From: Candidatus Margulisiibacteriota bacterium
GTDB lineage: Bacteria > Margulisbacteria > WOR-1 > O2-12-FULL-45-9
Assembly (NCBI GenBank): GCA_043816785.1
Contig: JBDRHP010000064.1
Coordinates: forward strand, 1-13,172
Direction of reading: 5' to 3'
Length of the DNA: 13,172 bases
Below are positions 6,591 to 13,172 of the stretch, in pieces. The notes beneath the pieces were generated by a model. The model worked only from the letters and a program-made list of their open reading frames with translations. It did not search any database and had not been told where the DNA came from. Each line of letters begins with the position of its first letter. Position 1 is the stretch's first letter. The position numbers and the translations under genes were made by a program.

Positions 6591-7367
6591 CTATTGGCTG
6601 GCATATTGTTGGATAATTTCACAAACCAGAGCATAAACCTGCGGATCATAGCCCCTTTCTCTGATCTTTCTTAACGTATAATCAAAATTTAATCCTTGAT
6701 ATCTCCGGTAGCCTCTGGGATGGATCATTCCATCAACAGAATCAAGCGCAGACAAGAGCTGGGCTTCCAGGGGCATTTTGGTGGGGTCACAATCCACCGG
6801 ATATCCGTCATGGGCATGATTAAAGTACACTATTTGCGCTGCCGCGCCCAGCCATTCGATCTCTTCCATAAAATGAAGCGAAATCAATAGATGGGTCTTG
6901 ATAATTTCTCGCCAAGGATTGCTCCGGCCAATCCTCACCTCTTTCATTATAAGCGGCCAGCCCAGCTTGCCAAAGTCATGGAAACGAGCCGCTAGAACCA
7001 GGGCCGCTCTTGTTTGATTGGGCAGGCCGATACTGTCCGCTGCCCATACACAGTTTTCTCTAACCCGGTCTTGGTGCTCCGCGGTTGCCTGATTAAATCT
7101 TCTGACCGTACTTTCCACCAGTGAAATGAAATCTTCTCTACTGCCAACGGCTGATCCATTGGCCAGATCTATAAATTCTCCCAACCTTTGCCGAACAACT
7201 GTTCCTGTCATTTCCCGGGAAAGCCCAACGAGTTGTTGCGACAGATTAGCTGTTAGGCTAAGCAGCCTGGCAACAAACTTCTCCTCAAATCTTCTCCTGG
7301 GAACGGAACCAAGAGGAGAACGTGTCACAGTCTGAAACGCCTTAATAGACAAACGGCCCACAGTCAT
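6591..7367 (-). CDS. HD-domain protein, divergent HD-GYP-like
   Basis: Motifs EHQDRV, FHDFGK, IKTH, NHAHDGYP, LDSVDGM...RGYR, YDPQV. SD AAAGGAG (7383-7377) precedes the ATG. Confidence 0.8.
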   Translation of the reverse strand: MTVGRLSIKAFQTVTRSPLGSVPRRRFEEKFVARLLSLTANLSQQLVGLSREMTGTVVRQRLGEFIDLANGSAVGSREDFISLVESTVRRFNQATAEHQDRVRENCVWAADSIGLPNQTRAALVLAARFHDFGKLGWPLIMKEVRIGRSNPWREIIKTHLLISLHFMEEIEWLGAAAQIVYFNHAHDGYPVDCDPTKMPLEAQLLSALDSVDGMIHPRGYRRYQGLNFDYTLRKIRERGYDPQVYALVCEIIQQYASQ

Positions 7368-7445
7368 AGGTAGCTTCTCCTTTGCGGCAAGAATACATCG
7401 TGATAATCAGCAAAAAATTTCAGCTGGATATAAGAGTGATACAAT

Positions 7446-7473
7446 TTGCACTTAACCGGAGATGTACTATAAT
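7446..7473 (+). promoter_or_regulatory. Sigma70-type promoter for polX
   Basis: TTGCAC (7446-7451), 16-nt spacer, TATAAT (7468-7473). ATG 7484 is 10 nt downstream with no SD in between. Confidence 0.6.
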
Positions 7474-7483
7474 TATTGCTGAA

Positions 7484-9208
7484 ATGGAAAACCAGGAATT
7501 TGCCAATATCTTTTGGGAAATAGCTGAGCTCTTAGAACTAAAGGAAGACAATCCTTTTAAGATCCGCGCCTATCGTAAAGCCGCGCAGATCATTGAATCC
7601 CTTTCCAAGAACATCGAAGATATCTACTCCGCTGGCAACACCAAAGCCCTGATGGCCATCCCAGGCATTGGCCAGCATATTGCAGAAAAGATCGAAGAGC
7701 AGATCAAGACCGGCAAAGTCCTGGCTCACCAAAAACTGGGCAAACAATTCCCCAAAGGCTTCCTGGAACTAGCTAAGATCCAGGGCATGGGACCCAAGAC
7801 CGCTCTCCTCCTTTATAAAAAACTAAAAATTGATTCTATTGAGAAACTGGAGCAAGCCGCCAAAAGCGGCAAATTAGCTAAGCTGCCAGGCTTTGGCGCA
7901 AAAAAAGCAGCCAACATCCTGCGCGGCATTGATCTAAAAAAGAAAAGCCACGGCCGTTTTCTGCTGGACGACGCCACGGCCCACGCAGAATTGATCGTCG
8001 AAGAACTGAAAAAGCTAAAAGAGGTCAAGAAGATCCTGCCCTGCGGCAGTTTGCGCCGCGGCAAAGAAACGATCGGCGATATTGACATATTGGTTGTCTC
8101 TGATAAACCAAAAAATATCATGGACAAATTCACCCAACTTTTTGCGGTTAAAGATGTCCTGGCGCATGGCGCGACAAAATCATCGGTTATCTTAAGAAAT
8201 GGCATGCAGGCGGACCTGCGGGTAGTGCCAGAAAAATCATTCGGGTCCGCCAGCCATTATTTTACTGGCTGCAAAGGCCACAACATCCATTTACGCCAGC
8301 TCGCCCAGAAATCCGGCTGGAAGGTCTCGGAATACGGGATTTTCAAAGGTGACAAACAAATTGGCGGAAAGACCGAAGAGGAAATGTTTCGTAAATTCGG
8401 CCTGCAATACATTCCTCCGGAACTCAGAGAAACCCGGGGCGAATTTGCAGCAGCTGCCAAGGGAAAGATCCCCAAGCTGGTCGAACAACAAGATATTAAA
8501 GGCGATCTCCATATGCACACCAAGGCCACGGATGGAGCCAACACCATTGAAGAAATGGCCCTGGCGGCCAAGAAACTTGGTTATGAATATATCGCCATAA
8601 CAGACCACACCAAGTCAACCCGAGTGGCCGGGGGACTTGACGAGAAAGAGATGATCAAACATGTGCGGGCAATCCGCGAAGCGAACAATAAGGTAAGTGG
8701 GATCAAAATACTGGCCGGAGCTGAAGTCGACATCCTGCCGGACGGCACACTAGATTATTCGGACGCCATGCTGCAGCAGTTTGACGTTGTGCTGGCAGCT
8801 ATTCACTCCAACTTCAAAATGCCCAAAAAAGAGATGACCGCACGCGTTATCAAAGCGCTGAGCAACAAATATGTTAATATTTTAGTCCATCCCACCGGCA
8901 GGCTGCTCAACGAGCGCGACCCATATGAGCTCGACATGGAAGCCGTGCTTAAAGCAGCCAGAAAAAACCACAAAATGATCGAAATTAATGCCCATCCAAA
9001 AAGATTGGACCTGACAGATGTTTATTGCCAGCGGGCCAAAGAGCTTGGCGTAAAATTGTCGATTGCCACTGACGCACATTCCATAGATCAATTAACACTA
9101 ATGAAATACGGGGTAATAACAGCCCGCCGGGGCTGGCTTGAAAAAAAGGATATAATCAACACAGAATCCGTTGCTAAGTTAATAAAACTACTCTATACTA
9201 TGCGCTAA
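7484..9208 (+). CDS. polX: DNA polymerase/3'-5' exonuclease PolX (family X polymerase + PHP domain)
   Basis: Motifs NPFKIRAYRKAA, HhH repeats (IPGIG, IQGMGPK, LPGFG), GSLRRGKETIGDIDIL with an intact DxD, ADLRVV, YFTG. PHP motifs GDLHMHT, AITDH, GAEVDI, HPTGR, EINA, TDAH. Start set to ATG 7484 (MENQEFA) from the promoter position. Confidence 0.96.
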   Translation: MENQEFANIFWEIAELLELKEDNPFKIRAYRKAAQIIESLSKNIEDIYSAGNTKALMAIPGIGQHIAEKIEEQIKTGKVLAHQKLGKQFPKGFLELAKIQGMGPKTALLLYKKLKIDSIEKLEQAAKSGKLAKLPGFGAKKAANILRGIDLKKKSHGRFLLDDATAHAELIVEELKKLKEVKKILPCGSLRRGKETIGDIDILVVSDKPKNIMDKFTQLFAVKDVLAHGATKSSVILRNGMQADLRVVPEKSFGSASHYFTGCKGHNIHLRQLAQKSGWKVSEYGIFKGDKQIGGKTEEEMFRKFGLQYIPPELRETRGEFAAAAKGKIPKLVEQQDIKGDLHMHTKATDGANTIEEMALAAKKLGYEYIAITDHTKSTRVAGGLDEKEMIKHVRAIREANNKVSGIKILAGAEVDILPDGTLDYSDAMLQQFDVVLAAIHSNFKMPKKEMTARVIKALSNKYVNILVHPTGRLLNERDPYELDMEAVLKAARKNHKMIEINAHPKRLDLTDVYCQRAKELGVKLSIATDAHSIDQLTLMKYGVITARRGWLEKKDIINTESVAKLIKLLYTMR

Positions 9209-9221
9209 GGAGGTGAAATAA

Positions 9222-9356
9222 ATGGGTGCAATTTTATTTGTTATTCTGAGATTAATCGGCTTGGTCAACACTCCTATGGATCTACCGATCCTTTGCGCGT
9301 TGATTTCCTTAGACTCAATTGGAGTTCCAGCAGTGCTTAAACTAATTAGAAAGTAG
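9222..9356 (+). CDS. Small hydrophobic protein, 44 aa, not in the ORF track
   Basis: Perfect SD TAAGGAGGTGA (9206-9216) overlaps the polX stop; ATG 9222, TAG 9354-9356. Sequence MGAILFVILRLIGLVNTPMDLPILCALISLDSIGVPAVLKLIRK fills the polX-RNase H gap, ending 6 nt before the next ATG. Confidence 0.75.
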   Translation: MGAILFVILRLIGLVNTPMDLPILCALISLDSIGVPAVLKLIRK

Positions 9357-9362
9357 GGCCAG

Positions 9363-9788
9363 ATGCCAATACAGATTTTCAGTGACGGCGCCGCCCGGGG
9401 AAATCCCGGTCCGGCTGGGATTGGCGTGGTCATACGCAATGACGCCAAAGTCCTGGTTGAGGTTTCAGATTTTATCGGCAAAACGACCAATAATGTTGCC
9501 GAATACCTGGCCTTTATCCGCGGACTTGAAGAAGCCCTGGATATGGGGGAAAAGAACGTTGAGGCTTTTTCTGACTCAGAGCTGCTGGTCAAACAGATAA
9601 ATGAGGAATACAGGGTTAAAAACAACGGACTTATCCCCCTCTTCCATCACGCCAAATCATTGATCAAAAAGTTTAAACACTGCCGGGTTTATCACACCCC
9701 CCGCGAAGAGAACGAACTGGCTGACAAATTAGCCAACCGCGGGATCGATGAGCAAACCACCAAAGGCTCCCCCCTATTCTCCAAATAA
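9363..9788 (+). CDS. rnhA: Ribonuclease HI family protein (short archaeal/actinobacterial-like type)
   Basis: Motifs FSDGAARGNPGPAGIG, TNNVAEY, SDSELLVKQ, PREENELADKLAN; all four acidic catalytic residues are present. Confidence 0.92.
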   Translation: MPIQIFSDGAARGNPGPAGIGVVIRNDAKVLVEVSDFIGKTTNNVAEYLAFIRGLEEALDMGEKNVEAFSDSELLVKQINEEYRVKNNGLIPLFHHAKSLIKKFKHCRVYHTPREENELADKLANRGIDEQTTKGSPLFSK

Positions 9789-9794
9789 AACATC

Positions 9795-9803
9795 TGTTAT
9801 AAT
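9795..9803 (+). promoter_or_regulatory. Extended -10 promoter for rnpB
   Basis: TGtTATAAT about 20 nt upstream of the RNase P RNA P1 helix. Confidence 0.65.
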
Positions 9804-9822
9804 TATGCTAGAACCTTGAAAT

Positions 9823-10188
9823 GGGCAGGCCAGATGATCGCCCCGAGCGAGGCCGCAAGGCCGAGTCGAGGGGAGGAAAGTCCGGACTCCACAGAGCAGC
9901 GTGCTGGATAACGTCCAGTCAGGATAATAACCTGAAGGAAAGTGCAACAGAAAATATACGGCCGAACTGATCCCTAAAGGATCGGTGGCAAAGGTGAAAA
10001 CGGGAGGTAAGAGCTCCCGACGGTCTGACCGGAGACGGTCGCGTTGTAAACCCCACGTGGAGCAAGACCAAAAAGGGAGATGGATAGCTCGTCCGTTATG
10101 ATCCCGAGTAGGTCGCAATGAGGTCTCAAGCAATTGGGGCCCCAGACAGATGATCGTCCACGACAGAATCCGGCTTATCGGCCTGCCC
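9823..10188 (+). ncRNA. rnpB: RNase P RNA, bacterial type A
   Basis: Universal motifs GAGGAAAGTCCGGACTC, GGAAAGTGCAACAGAAAA, AAACCCCAC..GGAGCAAG, ACAGAATCCGGCTTA. Terminal helix GGGCAGGCC (9823-9831) / GGCCTGCCC (10180-10188), extendable by TTGAAA/TTTCAA to about 9816-10196. Confidence 0.97.
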
Positions 10189-10208
10189 TGTTTCAAACCA
10201 CAAGCACA

Positions 10209-10610
10209 ATGAATAAAATATCAGTTTTAGTTTTATGCGTCCTGTTCATCTGTGGCGGATTAGCCCTTAACCCTGCCCAAGCTACAACCCAGCATCCAGA
10301 AATCTGGATCACTCCCGAGGTCTGGGATCTGGGTAAGGTTGTTGAAGACAAAGCTTTTACTAAATCCATCGATATATATAATATGGGAGAAGCTTTGCTG
10401 GAAATAGAAAAAACCAGAACTTCCTGCGGCTGCACCACTCCTAAGGTTTCTTCAAACAAGATCCTCCCCTACGATTACGCCACATTAGAAGCGACTTTTA
10501 ACAGCAAAAGTCTTAAAGGCAAAGTTGAGAGGAAGATTTACGTCCATACCAATGACCCGAACCGCTCCATCACCTCGGTCAGGATCCTGGCCGAGATTCT
10601 GCCAAAATAA
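10209..10610 (+). CDS. Exported DUF1573-like (Ig-like) protein
   Basis: Signal peptide MNKISVLVLCVLFICGGLA and motifs WDLGKV, YNMG..L.I, TSCGCT, VHTNDP. Start moved to ATG 10209 because the ORF-track start lies inside rnpB. Confidence 0.85.
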   Translation: MNKISVLVLCVLFICGGLALNPAQATTQHPEIWITPEVWDLGKVVEDKAFTKSIDIYNMGEALLEIEKTRTSCGCTTPKVSSNKILPYDYATLEATFNSKSLKGKVERKIYVHTNDPNRSITSVRILAEILPK

Positions 10611-10615
10611 AGCAA

Positions 10616-11734
10616 ATGAGAAAGAAATTCTTCTTTTCATTTCTTTTAATATTCTTCAGCCTGCAGATCACTTCATTGGCACAAGGGGTTGTCCGCGGTT
10701 ATGTGTTTTATTCTCCTACCTGCCCCAAGTGTCTGGAAATTAACCAGTTTATTGCCCAACTGCAAAACAAATATCCCTTGGAAGTCAAACATTTCAATAT
10801 CGAAGAGGATAAAAACTACGAAACCCTGGTCCTGTTAGAGGAAAAATACCAGGTCTCAAGAAATGAGGTTCCCGAAATATTTATTGGCAGCTTCGTCTTA
10901 GCAGGAAAAGCGGAAATAATGGGTCGGTTAGAAGCCAAGATCAAACTCCTCCTGGATAGAGGCGGAACTTCCTGGCCAAACCAAGCAAAAGCCGACCAGG
11001 GCAAGGTTGTTGTAAAGAGATTCGAATCATTCAACTTAATAGCGGTACTTTTGGCTGGTTTAGTAGATGGCATAAACCCTTGCGCCTTTGCCACAATAGT
11101 ATTCTTTATCTCATTCTTGAGCTTTACCAAAAGAAGGCGGCGGGAAATCCTTCTGGTTGGCATATTCTTTAGCGCGGCGGTATTTGTTACTTATCTGCTC
11201 ATCGGCCTAGGCGCCTTTAAATTCTTAAGGGCCCTGGAAATCTTTACCACACTTTCTAAAAGTATCTATAAAGGTATTGGAGTCATAGCGCTAGGGCTAG
11301 GCGCCTTCAGCTTATACGATTACTTTAAAATCAAAGCGGGAAAAATCTCCCAAATAACCCTGCAGCTACCCAGAGGCATCAAAAGATTAATTCATTCAGT
11401 TATTAGGATTAATCAAACCTCTTCCGGCTTGGCCCTGACTGCCATAGTAACAGGTTTCAGTGTTTCTGTTCTGGAATCAATCTGTACTGGCCAGGTCTAT
11501 CTGCCAACAATTGTTTTTGTCTTGAAAACGCCGGGAATGCAAACTAAGGCCTTTACTTATCTAATACTGTACAATCTGATGTTTATTGCGCCCCTCGTCA
11601 TGGTTTTTGGCTTAACTTTTTTTGGGGTAACTTCTGACAAGTTTGGTAAAATCATGAACAAAAACACAGGGATGATCAAGCTATTAACTGCGGCTCTCTT
11701 CTTCGGGCTGGGAATTACTCTTTTAATTATTTAA
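10616..11734 (+). CDS. Thioredoxin/glutaredoxin-like domain fused to a CcdA/DsbD-like transmembrane domain
   Basis: Signal peptide, FYSPTCPKC (CxxC), VPEIFIG, followed by a multi-TM region with the Cys motifs AGLVDGINPCAF and LESICTGQVYLP. Confidence 0.85.
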   Translation: MRKKFFFSFLLIFFSLQITSLAQGVVRGYVFYSPTCPKCLEINQFIAQLQNKYPLEVKHFNIEEDKNYETLVLLEEKYQVSRNEVPEIFIGSFVLAGKAEIMGRLEAKIKLLLDRGGTSWPNQAKADQGKVVVKRFESFNLIAVLLAGLVDGINPCAFATIVFFISFLSFTKRRRREILLVGIFFSAAVFVTYLLIGLGAFKFLRALEIFTTLSKSIYKGIGVIALGLGAFSLYDYFKIKAGKISQITLQLPRGIKRLIHSVIRINQTSSGLALTAIVTGFSVSVLESICTGQVYLPTIVFVLKTPGMQTKAFTYLILYNLMFIAPLVMVFGLTFFGVTSDKFGKIMNKNTGMIKLLTAALFFGLGITLLII

Positions 11735-11757
11735 GAATCAAGGCTCAGTGAAGCACC

Positions 11758-12153
11758 CTACAAGTTTTGCAACGCCAGCACGTTACCCTGCAGCTGATAA
11801 AGTGACTTCAGATATGAGTCATTATTTGAATTTAGTGAAGAATTAATATCAAGCCCGCTGTTAAGCAAAGCCTCATCTATTGAACCGTCCGGGGATATCT
11901 GTTCAATGCCCAAACCTGAGGCCAGCTGATCAGTTGTGTTATGTGAAACAAAAGGGTCAAAAAAGTTCTCTTCATCATCGTCATTATCGTCTGAGCTTGA
12001 GATAAGATCGTCCAGCATCTGGTTAAAATTTTGCTGCAGCACCAACTTGGCTGCTTCAGGATTCTCTGGGCTCGTGCCCTTAAGCGACTGCAAACCCTGG
12101 ATCTGAGCACCAAGTGAATACACATTGTTGATCCCGTCCATTAAGCTAGACAT
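11758..12153 (-). CDS. Hypothetical acidic protein
   Basis: 131-aa ORF with SD-like AGGGGGAG upstream, starting 17 nt after the permease stop; acidic tract DDNDDDEE. No family recognised. Confidence 0.7.
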   Translation of the reverse strand: MSSLMDGINNVYSLGAQIQGLQSLKGTSPENPEAAKLVLQQNFNQMLDDLISSSDDNDDDEENFFDPFVSHNTTDQLASGLGIEQISPDGSIDEALLNSGLDINSSLNSNNDSYLKSLYQLQGNVLALQNL

Positions 12154-12170
12154 TTACTCTCCCCCTTTTC

Positions 12171-13172
12171 TTACTCATATCTCAAAGCCTCGATCGGCAG
12201 GAGCTTGGCCGCTCTCCAGGCCGGCCACATGCCGAAAATAATACCAACTAAAACAGAAAATGTAAATGCTAAAATTATCGAACCGGTCGAAATATAGACA
12301 TTCCACTGGGCAAAGACGGAAAGCGCCCAGGAGATCAGACTACCGAAACCGATCCCGATAACTCCGCCAAACAAACAGATCAGCACAGCCTCGACCAGGA
12401 ACTGGATCAAAATATCGCTCTTTTGCGCGCCAAGCGCTTTCCTCAAACCGATCTCGTGCGTGCGCTCCATGACCATGACTAGCATGATGTTCATGATGCC
12501 AATGCCGCCGACCAGCAAGCTAACCGCCGCGACCGCTCCCAGGAGATAAGACAAAGTTGAGATCAAGGCTCCAGCGGCAGCCTGGATCTCAGCCATGTTC
12601 ATGACATCAATGGACTGCCTTTGCGATTCGGGCAGGCGGTGCAGCCGCATCAGCTCGGTCACGACCTGATCAGAAACATACGCCATATTATCAAGGTTAT
12701 TGACCTTGACCTCAAAATAATTAATGTAATCCTCTCCGGTCAGACGAAACATCGCGGTCTTGACCGGCATCATGATCTGGTCATCCAGATTGCGCCAGCC
12801 AGCTGCGCCCTGTTCGGGCAGGAGGCCGATAACGTTAAAACTTATGCGGTTGATCCTGATCGACTGCCCCACAGGGTTTTGGTCGCTAAACAGTTCCTTG
12901 GCAACGGTCTTACCCAAAAGCACGACCTTGGCCTTGGCGTTGGCCTCAGCAGCGGTAAAAAAACGACCGGTATCTATTTGCACGTTACGCAGCCCTAAAT
13001 AATCAACACTCGTGCCGGTGACACTGGTACTCCAGTTGCGGTTCTGGTAAACGGCCTGCCCGCGGCCCGAAACATACGGCACAGCATATTCAACGCCTTC
13101 GATCCGCTTCAATGCCTCCAGGTCCCCAAAGGTGAACCTGGTCGGGCCGGAAGTCCCCATCGAGATGCCTCT
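12171..13172 (-). CDS. MacB/FtsX-type ABC transporter permease, 5'-truncated by the window edge
   Basis: Motifs GRFFT, VVLLGKTVAKELF, VSLLVGGIGIMNIMLV, ERTHEIGLRKALGA, ILIQFLVEA, PAWRAAKLLPIEALRYE. The frame stays open to base 13172. Confidence 0.95.
   Translation of the reverse strand, partial: RGISMGTSGPTRFTFGDLEALKRIEGVEYAVPYVSGRGQAVYQNRNWSTSVTGTSVDYLGLRNVQIDTGRFFTAAEANAKAKVVLLGKTVAKELFSDQNPVGQSIRINRISFNVIGLLPEQGAAGWRNLDDQIMMPVKTAMFRLTGEDYINYFEVKVNNLDNMAYVSDQVVTELMRLHRLPESQRQSIDVMNMAEIQAAAGALISTLSYLLGAVAAVSLLVGGIGIMNIMLVMVMERTHEIGLRKALGAQKSDILIQFLVEAVLICLFGGVIGIGFGSLISWALSVFAQWNVYISTGSIILAFTFSVLVGIIFGMWPAWRAAKLLPIEALRYE

Noticed and set aside
7382..7483. N-terminal extension of PolX from TTG 7382
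   Set aside because: It spans the divergent promoter region and overlaps the HD gene's SD; PolX similarity begins at MENQEFA (7484).
8892..8905. Partial resemblance to the palindrome (CCACCGGCAGGC) inside polX
   Set aside because: It encodes the conserved PHP motif HPTGR, so the match is coincidental.
9774..10208. 140-aa minus-strand ORF (9774-10196) and the 5' extension of the 10134 ORF
   Set aside because: Both overlap the RNase P RNA gene and are shadow frames.
1427..13002. Numerous short alternative-frame and antisense ORFs in the track (e.g. 2825-3142, 3926-4315, 5772-6230, 7813-8205, 9188-9625, 12621-12998)
   Set aside because: They overlap well-supported genes and show no recognisable motifs or convincing initiation signals.

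Overview
Compact bacterial chromosomal window of mostly housekeeping genes. It begins with the probable 3' end and right terminus of an IS1202/ISNCY-like insertion sequence (1-141). Next come a tail-less ssb behind a sigma54-type promoter, a SagB-type nitroreductase and an LCP protein, converging on an ade-hpt purine-salvage operon. A small membrane protein, a site-2 protease (M50+CBS) and a DJ-1/PfpI gene converge on a degenerate HD-GYP-like gene. Then follow polX(PHP), an uncalled 44-aa hydrophobic ORF, RNase HI, the RNase P RNA gene (rnpB), a DUF1573-like protein and a thioredoxin-like/CcdA-type membrane protein. These converge on an orphan ORF and a 5'-truncated MacB-like ABC permease. The most unusual signal is an identical perfect 20-bp palindrome, CCTGCCTGCCGGCAGGCAGG, at 4594-4613 and 6058-6077. 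At both sites, deleting it precisely restores an older pattern with no target duplication: a gap-free 28-bp inverted-repeat pair at one, and an AACGAAT triple repeat plus the in-frame PfpI N-terminus at the other. This points to a very small mobile palindromic element. Several genes look leaderless. All calls come from reading the sequence by eye; no database searches were run.
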